Source: Candidatus Dormiibacterota bacterium
GTDB taxonomy: Bacteria; Chloroflexota; Dormibacteria; CF-121
DNA length: 64,000 nt
Direction of reading: 5' to 3'
Assembly (NCBI GenBank): GCA_035716185.1
Contig: DASTJZ010000172.1
Location: forward strand, 16,031 to 80,030
This document shows, one piece after another, positions 37,406-46,460 of this stretch. The translations under genes and the position numbers were made by a program. Position 1 is the stretch's first letter. The number at the start of each line of letters is the position of its first letter. Below the pieces are notes generated by a model. The model was not told the origin of the DNA, did not search any database, and worked only from the letters and a program-made list of their open reading frames with translations.

Positions 37406-38271
37406 CGGTGCGCGGCCGGCAAGGCGACGCCGGTCAGCTTGAGGAAGAGGTCGCCCAGGTTGGGACGGCGCACCCGCATGGTGCTGACCAGGTCCGCGGT
37501 GCCATTCAGTACGGCCAGCACCTGCGCCGGGTTGGCGCCCCGGGCCAGGATGATGTGGACGGTGTCACCGTCGACGCTGGCGGCCTCCACGGCGGCGAGG
37601 CGGCGCAGGCTCTCCAGCGGGACCGGCGAATTGACCTCGAGCTGCACCTCCTTCGATCCCGCAACCTCAGTCAGCAGGTCGGGGACGCGGCCTTCGCGGA
37701 TCACCCTCCCCTCGTGAAGGAAGAGCACGTAGTCACAAAGCCGCTCCGCCAGATGGACGTCATTGGTCGCGAGCACCACTGCCGTTCCCGTCAGGCTCAG
37801 CAGTTGCAGCCGTTCGATCAGATCCAGCTCGGCTCGATAGTCGAGCGCGAGCGTGGGTTCGTCGAGCAACAGGATGGAAGGCCGGTGGACCAGGGCCTCG
37901 ATCAGATTGAGCTTGCGCTTCATGCCGAGCGAGTACTCGCCCACGAGCTGCTCTCTCGCATCCCAGAGGCCCGCCCAGTGAAACAGCTCGTCGAGGCGGT
38001 CACGGCTGAGCTCGTCCGACAGTCCGAACTGATGCGCGAAGAACCAGGCATTCTGGTAGCCGCTCATCTGGTCGAAATGGGCGGCCTGGTCGAGCATGGT
38101 CCCCAACCGGCGCCGGACCGACGGGTCGCGCGGATTGCTGTTGCCAAACCATCGAATCTGTCCCGCCGTTGGGGTCGAGGCAGTGGCCAGCAGACGGAGC
38201 AGCGTGGTTTTCCCCGAGCCGTTCGGGCCCATCAACCCGAGGACACCGCCCGCGGTCAGCCGCAGCGTCAC
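37402..38271 (-). CDS. ABC transporter ATP-binding protein (ABC-2 exporter type)
   Basis: Walker A is GPNGSGKTT, the signature is YSLGMKRKL, and Walker B is LLLDEPT. It has a GTG start and an RBS, GGAGGCAGGGG. Confidence 0.85.
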   Translation of the reverse strand: MTLRLTAGGVLGLMGPNGSGKTTLLRLLATASTPTAGQIRWFGNSNPRDPSVRRRLGTMLDQAAHFDQMSGYQNAWFFAHQFGLSDELSRDRLDELFHWAGLWDAREQLVGEYSLGMKRKLNLIEALVHRPSILLLDEPTLALDYRAELDLIERLQLLSLTGTAVVLATNDVHLAERLCDYVLFLHEGRVIREGRVPDLLTEVAGSKEVQLEVNSPVPLESLRRLAAVEAASVDGDTVHIILARGANPAQVLAVLNGTADLVSTMRVRRPNLGDLFLKLTGVALPAAHR

Positions 38272-38329
38272 GTCGAAGACGCCCCTGCCTCCGCGATAGG
38301 CTCGCGTGACTCCGGTCGCCGCCAGCAGG

Positions 38330-40867
38330 CTAGGCTCGGAAACCGTAGCGGCCCTCGTGGAAGTCGCCCGTTTCGATCCACTTCTGGATGACGGCGTCCA
38401 TCACCTTGCTGGTGACTCGGTCGTTGCCAAGCTCGCGCGCGTTGCCTTCGATGGCTTCCATCACCTGGCCCTTGACGAAGCTGGGCATATTCGACAGCCG
38501 TCCCTCGGCATCTGGATCCCATGCCATCGTCAAGCCCTTGCGTTGCAGGGCGTCAGAGACTTCTGCCCACATTCCGAACTTGACGTCCATGACGTCGGGC
38601 GTGATCACGGGCCCGAGGCCCTTCTTTGCCGCGGTCCACTCGACTCGCCAGCGGCTCAGCTCGCGGCAGTACGAGGGCAGGGCTTCCAGGCGAGCTTCCG
38701 CCTCGGCCGTCCAGGTAAATCGGTGCTCGAAGGTTTTGGGGCTGAGCGGGTGGCCGTAGCCGATCTTGATGCCCAACCGCTCGAGAAAGGCCGCATTGAT
38801 CGCCTCCGAGGTACGCGCCGCCCGCGACTCGGCGGCATGCTGCGCCAGCTCGCGCGCTCGGGCCGGTTCGAACTTTTCCTCGGCCCGGATTTCGACCTCA
38901 TTGAGCCGCCGGACGCCATCCTCGGTCCATCCCGGTGAGGCCTCGCGCGGCGACGAGCCATCGCCGGCGGGATGCCCGTGCGCCCGCATGGCGGCTTCGA
39001 CGACCTCGGGTGAGTGCGCCTTCAGTGCCTGATCCATCATCAGGCGCGCATCGACCAGGCCGCCTTCGACCACGTCTCGGGTGATCGCCTCGGCGTGAAT
39101 TTTCCGGGCGAACTCCTCCACCTTGGTCCGGGCCAGCATGCGCATGAACCCGGCCGGCACCCGTTCCATCCGCTGGACGGCGTCATCGGTCCAGGTCACC
39201 GGCGTGGACGATTCCCCTCCATCTTTGGAGGAGGGCAGGGTGGGGGCCGTGTCGCTGACGACTTCGGCGACCGGGGCATAGGCCTCATCCAGGTTGGCGT
39301 CGGTGAACTCCCTGGTGATGCTCGGCAGGCGCTGGATACGGGCGATCTTTTCGATACGGGCTTTGACCCGCCGGCGCTCATAGCCCTTCGGCACTCGGCC
39401 GAGCACGTCTTTGGCCTCGACGGTCCACTTGACCTTGAAGCCGTCGAAGGCCTCTTCTTCCTCGATGCCGCCCTCGCGGGTGGCGGCGGCGACCATGGCT
39501 GCCTTATCGACGCGCTGAAAGCTCACGCCGTCGCACACCGGGCACACCGCCGGCTGCGCTCCGCGGATCGGACGACCGCATCGGCGGCAGACCCAGGTGT
39601 CAGGAGCGGGCTGGGATGCCACCGTCGCTTTCACTCGCGCGGGTTCGACGCCCATGGCCCGGGCGGCATGCTCGGGCATCACCTCGGACACCGCCTCGTC
39701 GATGATCGACGAGCTGATGATCGAATGGCCGCGCTCCATGGCATAGCGGCAAATGGCCGTACGGGTGATGGCGCGAAACGCGGCCGGCACCTTTTCCATC
39801 CGGATCTCGGCTTCTTCGGTCCACACCACGCTGGCCTCCGCCTGCAGGTCGATCGGCGGCACAAAGGTGCGACTCGAGAGGAGGACGCTGACCGGCGCCA
39901 GGCGCAGCAGGTTGTCGCTATTGCTGCCGATGTCCATCTCGGCGGCGGAGTGGACACCGATCCGACCCGCGACCAGCAGCCAGGGTGGCTCCTGACGGAC
40001 ATACTGCAGCACTTTCTTGAACGCTTTGCCATCGAGCAGCGTGGTCTTGATCGGGAGGCCTTCGTCGCGCGCGATTGATTCCGCGACGCGCAGGTGCGAT
40101 TCATAGATCTTCGCCAGGCCGGTGTCGATGATCTCTTCGTGCAGCTGTTCCTGTTCCTTGAACCGGAAGACCTTTGACGCCTCGGCCGAGAGGACGTCGA
40201 CGATGCCGTTGAACATCGCGTAATGCAGATAGGGGTCGTAGACCGAGACCGCCTCGACCTTCTTGCCGAAGACGCGGGCCAGGTCGATCGCCGTGCGCAA
40301 ACCGGCGAAGGATTGCGGACTGCCGTCGATCGCGACCACGATCCGATCGGATGCATCGTCGCGGAAGGGATGCGTGTCGCGGATCACCAGCGAGTCGACC
40401 CGGATGCGTCGCAGCACCCGATCCGTCACGCTGCCGACCATGCTGTCCTTGACCGCGCCCATCCCGAGCGCACCCATCACGACCAGGTCGTAATCCGACT
40501 CGGCGATGTCGTCGACCAAGCACTCCCAGTTCTTGCCGTCGAAGGTCTTGTATTCGAAGGGAAGACCGGCCCGCTCGCAGGCCACCTTCATGACGTCCAG
40601 GTACGAGTCGGAGATGAGCTGGAGGCCGCGGGTGATCAGCGAGTCGTGGATCTTGCGCTGCCGCTCGAGTTCCTGCTCCTGCTGGTACTCGTCCGGCAGG
40701 GTAAATTCCATTTGCTTGAACCGGACGTCGTGCATCCGGGCGGCGTAGACATGGCTGCCGACCAGGCGGGCTTCGGTGGCCCCGGCCAGGCGGACGGCCA
40801 CCTCGATGGCGGCATTGGAATGGTCAGAGTTGTCAAGGGGAACGTAGATTTTGCGGTACACGGGCAA
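38330..40867 (-). CDS. Multidomain protein: tandem universal stress protein (USP) domains plus Zn-ribbon plus ~6 repeats of the PCP_red domain (C-terminal domain of protochlorophyllide reductase BchB/ChlB)
   Basis: USP-like regions are at aa 5-165 and 173-335. CRRCGRPIRGAQPAVCPVCDG is at aa 427-445. Repeats of the WT-x-EA-x-x-R-x-x-x-VP type (VVWTEEAEIRMEKVPAAFRAITRTA..., VKWTVEAKDVLGRVPKGYERRRVKARIE..., VTWTDDAVQRMERVPAGFMRMLARTKVEEFA..., RFTWTAEAEARLEALPSY..., AWDPDAEGRLSNMPSFVKGQVMEAIEG...) start at about aa 347, 478, 556, 645, 717 and 782. The gene has a TTG start with a GGAGGG RBS. Confidence 0.7.
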   Translation of the reverse strand: MPVYRKIYVPLDNSDHSNAAIEVAVRLAGATEARLVGSHVYAARMHDVRFKQMEFTLPDEYQQEQELERQRKIHDSLITRGLQLISDSYLDVMKVACERAGLPFEYKTFDGKNWECLVDDIAESDYDLVVMGALGMGAVKDSMVGSVTDRVLRRIRVDSLVIRDTHPFRDDASDRIVVAIDGSPQSFAGLRTAIDLARVFGKKVEAVSVYDPYLHYAMFNGIVDVLSAEASKVFRFKEQEQLHEEIIDTGLAKIYESHLRVAESIARDEGLPIKTTLLDGKAFKKVLQYVRQEPPWLLVAGRIGVHSAAEMDIGSNSDNLLRLAPVSVLLSSRTFVPPIDLQAEASVVWTEEAEIRMEKVPAAFRAITRTAICRYAMERGHSIISSSIIDEAVSEVMPEHAARAMGVEPARVKATVASQPAPDTWVCRRCGRPIRGAQPAVCPVCDGVSFQRVDKAAMVAAATREGGIEEEEAFDGFKVKWTVEAKDVLGRVPKGYERRRVKARIEKIARIQRLPSITREFTDANLDEAYAPVAEVVSDTAPTLPSSKDGGESSTPVTWTDDAVQRMERVPAGFMRMLARTKVEEFARKIHAEAITRDVVEGGLVDARLMMDQALKAHSPEVVEAAMRAHGHPAGDGSSPREASPGWTEDGVRRLNEVEIRAEEKFEPARARELAQHAAESRAARTSEAINAAFLERLGIKIGYGHPLSPKTFEHRFTWTAEAEARLEALPSYCRELSRWRVEWTAAKKGLGPVITPDVMDVKFGMWAEVSDALQRKGLTMAWDPDAEGRLSNMPSFVKGQVMEAIEGNARELGNDRVTSKVMDAVIQKWIETGDFHEGRYGFRA

Positions 40868-40926
40868 GCTTCCCTCCTAACAGCGGCGTAGGCGTCCAGA
40901 CTGATATTGGCAGACCGAGACAATCT

Positions 40927-40938
40927 CCGCAATTGCGG
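40927..40938. promoter_or_regulatory. Perfect 12-bp palindrome CCGCAATTGCGG flanked by direct repeats CTGATATTGGC / CTGATATCGGC
   Basis: It lies in the 100-bp gap upstream of the USP/PCP_red gene. An AT core inside a high-GC palindrome is a typical operator architecture. Confidence 0.25.
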
Positions 40939-40968
40939 TCGATAAGCTGATATCGGCGGGCGCCTAAG

Positions 40969-41889
40969 CTAGGGCAAAATCCCCCATGAACTGCTGGTGG
41001 TCTGGCGCGGCTCCAGCCGAATCAGGCCGAGCCCGTTCTGGAAGGCGTTCGGGGCGCAGGTCATCGGCTCGATCGCCAGGCCGCGCCGCCGCCGGTGGAT
41101 GTCGGCGATTGTGTCGCCGGTAAAGACCATGACATAGGCGTAGGCCTTGTCCATCCACAGCGTCAGCCGGCGTCGACCGTCCGGCGACTGAATCAGGACG
41201 CGGGTCAGGCCGTCCGTGTCCGGGACCAGACTGGTGAACGGCGTGTCCAGCCGGGTGGCCCCGATCGGCCTGAGTTCCAGGAAGTCCAGTTCCGTTCCGG
41301 CCACCTGACTGAGCCGGCCGGTTGGAATCTGGCGATCGTCGACCTCGAGCCGGAGCAGTGCGGGCAGCTTCAGCAACGCCTGGTCGAGTCGTTCGGTGCC
41401 CACTGTCAGATACGGATGATGCCCGGCACCATAAGGCAGCGGTAGGTCGCCCTCGTTGCGCGCCGTCGTACGGACGGTCAGGCCCGCGTCGGAGAGCTGG
41501 TAATCGATCGACAGCGCCAGCGTGAACGGATACCCCTCCTGCGGGTGGAGCAGCAGGCTCATCACGACCCGATCCTCGGCCTGCTGTGACCCGGTCCAGT
41601 TCTGCCAGCGGGTCAGCCCATGGATGGCATTCCCTCTGGGGACCTCCGTGATTGCTGTCTGGTAGGTGGCTCCCAGGAACTCATAGCGGCCGTCGCGAAG
41701 TCGATTGGGCCAGGGCAGCAGGGGAGCGCCGCGCGCGACGGTGGACATCTCGTCTACCGGATAACCATCGATAACGTCCTCGCCCTCGACGGTGAAGACT
41801 CGAAGCCCACCACCAACTTCGGTAATCACCGCCTCCTGGGAGCCGTGGGTGATCGGGTACTGCCGGCCCGACGGTGGGATGCGAGGCAT
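40969..41889 (-). CDS. Aldose 1-epimerase family protein (galactose mutarotase-like)
   Basis: The mutarotase-fold motifs GYPFTLALSIDYQL and HGLTRWQNW are present. Confidence 0.75.
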   Translation of the reverse strand: MPRIPPSGRQYPITHGSQEAVITEVGGGLRVFTVEGEDVIDGYPVDEMSTVARGAPLLPWPNRLRDGRYEFLGATYQTAITEVPRGNAIHGLTRWQNWTGSQQAEDRVVMSLLLHPQEGYPFTLALSIDYQLSDAGLTVRTTARNEGDLPLPYGAGHHPYLTVGTERLDQALLKLPALLRLEVDDRQIPTGRLSQVAGTELDFLELRPIGATRLDTPFTSLVPDTDGLTRVLIQSPDGRRRLTLWMDKAYAYVMVFTGDTIADIHRRRRGLAIEPMTCAPNAFQNGLGLIRLEPRQTTSSSWGILP

Positions 41890-41910
41890 CGCGCTCCGGA
41901 TAATAAGGAT

Positions 41911-42294
41911 GTGGCCCGTCTGAAGCTTGGTCTATACGCCAATCCGCGAGACGAGCTGGCCGCGACCGTCGATGGAGAGGTCCCCGAGTGGATCGAGCGG
42001 CTTTATCTCAGCTATGGCACCACATCCGAAACCGCACCGGCCAGCGTCTCTGTTCTGGCGCTCGGGGAGTCGCTCCATTACCGCCTCCGAAAACTGTCGG
42101 TGCTGCTCTCGAAAATGGAGGCGCTGGGGTGGTCGGTGGAACCACGGCGCTGGGAGCTGGTGGCCAGCACCGACCTCGACGAGGAGGAGGCCCAGGCCCA
42201 GCTCGAAGAAGCGGGAGTGTGGATCATCGCCCGTCAGCACGCGCCAGTCGATAAGGACGGCAATGTCCACTGGTCGCGCGGGTTGATTCCATAG
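41911..42294 (+). CDS. Hypothetical protein (~128 aa, acidic C-terminal region)
   Basis: Composition is protein-like in this frame only (…EWIERLYLSYGTTSETAPASVSVLALGESLHYRLRKLSVLLSKMEALGW…). A GTG start at 41911 is assumed. The 5' part of track ORF 41620.. overlaps the epimerase and is rejected. Confidence 0.4.
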   Translation: MARLKLGLYANPRDELAATVDGEVPEWIERLYLSYGTTSETAPASVSVLALGESLHYRLRKLSVLLSKMEALGWSVEPRRWELVASTDLDEEEAQAQLEEAGVWIIARQHAPVDKDGNVHWSRGLIP

Positions 42295-42344
42295 CCGAGC
42301 CGCCTGCGCTCCTCTCGGAGGACAGCGTCGACCGCAACCCATTC

Positions 42345-42908
42345 ATGCAGTTCGCCAGCTGGTATCGCGATGCGTTGGCGGCGGAGGAGATCTTGCCCGA
42401 GGCGATGACGTTGGCAACCAGCACCCGGTCGGGCGAGCCATCGGCGCGCATGGTCCTGCTGCGGGGCTTCGACCAGCGCGGCTTCGGATTCTTCACGAAT
42501 TACGAGAGCCAGAAGGGGCAGGAGCTGGCCGAGAACCCGCGGGCCGCCCTCGTCATCTACTGGCCGAAGCTGGCGCGCCAGGTGCGGATCACCGGAGCAG
42601 TCGTCAAGCAATCGGCCGACGAGTCGCGCGCCTACTTCCAGAGCCGGCCACTGGCCAGCCAGCTGAGCGCCTGGGCGTCAGCGCAAAGCCAGGTAGTGAG
42701 CAGCCGCCGCGCGCTCGAGGACGCGGTCGCGGCGCTGGCGGAGAAATACGGCGCCGGCCCGGCGCCGTTGCCGCCGAACTGGGGAGGCTATCGCCTAATT
42801 CCGCAAACCGTCGAGTTCTGGCTGCATCGCGACAACCGCCTGCATGACCGCATCCGCTATCGGCGACAGCCGGACGGCAGCTGGAAGATCGACCGCCTCG
42901 GCCCGTAA
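42345..42908 (+). CDS. pdxH: Pyridoxamine 5'-phosphate oxidase PdxH
   Basis: The core reads RMVLLRGFDQRGFGFFTNYESQKG. The C-terminus, HDRIRYRRQPDGSWKIDRLGP, is almost identical to the E. coli PdxH C-terminus. In-frame upstream residues (LSEDSVDRNPF) also align to PdxH, suggesting a non-canonical start upstream of the ATG. Confidence 0.8.
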   Translation: MQFASWYRDALAAEEILPEAMTLATSTRSGEPSARMVLLRGFDQRGFGFFTNYESQKGQELAENPRAALVIYWPKLARQVRITGAVVKQSADESRAYFQSRPLASQLSAWASAQSQVVSSRRALEDAVAALAEKYGAGPAPLPPNWGGYRLIPQTVEFWLHRDNRLHDRIRYRRQPDGSWKIDRLGP

Positions 42909-43016
42909 CTGAACCGGGCGGTGGTGCAGTCGCCCTCATTCGCCCGAAAGGTCGGAGCGCTGACGCGCGCGGGAAAGCCCCGGCGCGCTGCCGGGGCTTT
43001 GTGGGGAAAGGAGGAG

Positions 43017-43610
43017 TTACTTGTTGCGGTAGGCGACGATGGCGGCGTCGAAGTTGTGGCCCGCGTCATAGTTGCCGGCGGCGGCGAGGCGCATTCCAGC
43101 GTGGATGTCGTTCAGCGAACCAGCCTGGCGCTGTTTCTTGCCGAGGATCTCGAAGTACTTCGTGTCGCTGTTGACGGTGATGCGGGCGTCCTTGCCGTCG
43201 CGAGTGCGGATCGTGATGACGTTGCCGTTGATGCTTTCGACCTTTCCAGCGAGGTGGGCGCGACCGATGTGGATCCGCTTGGCATAGAGCTTGCCGTCGC
43301 GCTCTTCAAACTGGACGCGGACCTGGCTGTTGACTTCAATCTCGGACCAGGTCGCCTTCTCGTTGCGGCCCTTGGTGACGACGGTGGCGTCGGTGCGCAA
43401 GAACGTCTTGCTACCAGCCTTCGCGTTCTTGACCGTGAGCTGCGTTTCGTTGATCGCCGTGACGATGCCGCCGAAGACGTCCTTCGCTGCCTGATGCTTG
43501 GCTGCCGGCGTGGCAGCCCCGGTGGCAGCTGGCGCCGCCATGGCCCCGGTGGCCAGGACGCCGGCCAGCACGCCTGCGGTTGCGAGTCCTGCGAATGCTT
43601 TGCCGATCAT
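43017..43610 (-). CDS. Secreted hypothetical protein with DUF5666-like beta repeats
   Basis: A signal peptide (MIGKAFAGLATAGVLAGVLATGAMA) is followed by repeated V-x-V-K/R-T-x-DGK modules. An RBS, GGAGGT, is present. The track ORF over-extends to 43883. Confidence 0.55.
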   Translation of the reverse strand: MIGKAFAGLATAGVLAGVLATGAMAAPAATGAATPAAKHQAAKDVFGGIVTAINETQLTVKNAKAGSKTFLRTDATVVTKGRNEKATWSEIEVNSQVRVQFEERDGKLYAKRIHIGRAHLAGKVESINGNVITIRTRDGKDARITVNSDTKYFEILGKKQRQAGSLNDIHAGMRLAAAGNYDAGHNFDAAIVAYRNK

Positions 43611-43842
43611 TGCTACAACGACCTCCTGTGTTCTCGACGAAAATTTCGATAGGCCCATCCTCGCGCCGGCGGCTGAGCAGCTCCCTGCAACCGCCTTAGA
43701 CCTACCTGAGAGGCCGGCGCTTAACACCCCTTTTCGCGGGCGCGACGGCAGCGCGATACCGTCTTGACAGAGCAGTGAATCTCCGTTAAACCCTGCAAAC
43801 GCATTAGGTCCGCCGTAAGCTTGGGGCCCTATTGTCGGCCGC

Positions 43843-45014
<1,172 letters not shown>

Positions 45015-45018
<4 letters not shown>

Positions 45019-45314
45019 TCGTCGAACAGCAAGAGCCGATCGACACCGACACCGTCCGCGATATCGCCGCCGACCTGCGGGGAGAGCTCGACCGGGTGGA
45101 AGAGCAGATGGCCGACCTGACCCGCGAACACAAGCGGGCAGTCGCGCTCAAGCACATCTTTGGGATGGATCCGCTCACCCGGGACCGCTTCAACCATCTG
45201 CACGCCAACATCGACCAGTTCCCGGGCAAGATGGCGGAGCTCCGTGAGGAAGCGCGGTTGTTAACGCGCTGGCTCGATCGCTGCCGCGACCTGCTTCAGG
45301 CCAAAGCGGCCTGA
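45015..45314 (+). CDS. Hypothetical coiled-coil protein (99 aa) translationally coupled to cpaF
   Basis: The ATG overlaps the cpaF stop (ATGA). The sequence is charged and helical (LRGELDRVEEQMADLTREHKRAVALK...). Confidence 0.4.
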
Positions 45315-45321
45315 GCCAGCG

Positions 45322-46011
45322 CTAGATCTCGAGGGCGCGGACGATGAAATCGCGGCTGCCGTCCCAGGTCCAGCACGTCTGCAGCGTCAGCGCCGACGAT
45401 GACGTGGCGCCTAACGGCCACATCTGGGTGTTGCTGACGATCGTCGTAAAGCTCACCCGATAGGTGTGCACCCGGCCGGAAGGATCGCCATAGCGAATGA
45501 TGTCGCCGGCATGCAGGCCCAGGATAGGGGTGAAAATTCCCGGGTTGTGCGCCATCACATAGATGTTGTTGGCGCCGGCGCAGCTCCAGCGCCAGGTGCC
45601 CCACCGTGGGACGGCGGCGTGTCCAAGACAATCGCTGTACCACCCGACCGGCTGATTGAGTCCCAATCGCGGAATCACGATGTTGTTCGCCCGGACGGCC
45701 GGCGCAGGCGGTGGTTGCGGTGCGGCGGCCGGCGCGGGGGCAACCGGACGGAGGGTTACCGTTGCGGCGATGACCGGCGAGGGCGACGCCAGTGCAGCCA
45801 CGGCCTGCGAAGCGGCGAGCGCCAGTTGCTGTTCGTGTAGTTGCTGCAGCACCAGTCCGTGGTCGTTCCAGTCGGCGCCGGCAGGCTTGAGGTCGTGGGC
45901 AGCGACCGGGGTCACGGGCGTGGGATGCGAGGTCAGTAGCGGAAAGCTCAGCAGCCAGAGAGCCACGCCTCCCAGGAGCGGTGCTCGCCAGCGATGCCAG
46001 AGCTGGGCCAT
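45322..46011 (-). CDS. Sortase family transpeptidase (class E/F-like)
   Basis: It has an N-terminal TM anchor. The catalytic His context is VMAHNPGIF. The active-site signature TLQTC (TLxTC) is present. Confidence 0.75.
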   Translation of the reverse strand: MAQLWHRWRAPLLGGVALWLLSFPLLTSHPTPVTPVAAHDLKPAGADWNDHGLVLQQLHEQQLALAASQAVAALASPSPVIAATVTLRPVAPAPAAAPQPPPAPAVRANNIVIPRLGLNQPVGWYSDCLGHAAVPRWGTWRWSCAGANNIYVMAHNPGIFTPILGLHAGDIIRYGDPSGRVHTYRVSFTTIVSNTQMWPLGATSSSALTLQTCWTWDGSRDFIVRALEI

Positions 46012-46073
46012 GGGTCGGGCAACGCTGGGGCGGCGCCAAGGTTTGCGCGATTTACACGATCGTCACGGGGCGG

Positions 46074-46460
46074 TTAACTGGCTTGCGACTCCGGACGGCC
46101 GACGTACGGCTCGACGAGCGCAATCAAGTCTTCGAGCTCATAGGGTTTCGTCAGGCACTCGGCGCATCCGGCCGCGATGGCGCTTTCGCGGTCGCCGACC
46201 ATCGCGTGCGCGGTGATCGCCACCACCGGGATTTGGGCCAGCTTGGGATCGGCCTTCAGCGCGCGGGTTGCCTCCCAGCCGTTCATCTCGGGCAGCGACA
46301 GATCCATCAGGATCAGGCCGGGCTGCAAGCTCGCGGCCATGGCCAGCGCCTCCTTCCCGGTGCGCGCCAACTCGGTGCGAAAACCGCGCGACCGCAGGAT
46401 TTTCAGCGCCATCTTTTGCATCGTCGCGTCGTCCTCCACGACCAGGATTAGTTGACTCAT
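46074..46460 (-). CDS. Single-domain response regulator (CheY-like)
   Basis: The receiver domain is 128 aa (LILVVEDDATMQ...LILMDLSLPEMNGWE). It overlaps the kinase gene by 4 nt. Confidence 0.85.
   Translation of the reverse strand: MSQLILVVEDDATMQKMALKILRSRGFRTELARTGKEALAMAASLQPGLILMDLSLPEMNGWEATRALKADPKLAQIPVVAITAHAMVGDRESAIAAGCAECLTKPYELEDLIALVEPYVGRPESQAS

Noticed and set aside
41927-42286. 119-aa ORF (MVYTPIRETSW...)
   Set aside because: The alternative frame 41911..42294 has protein-like composition. This frame is Ser/Arg/Pro-rich.
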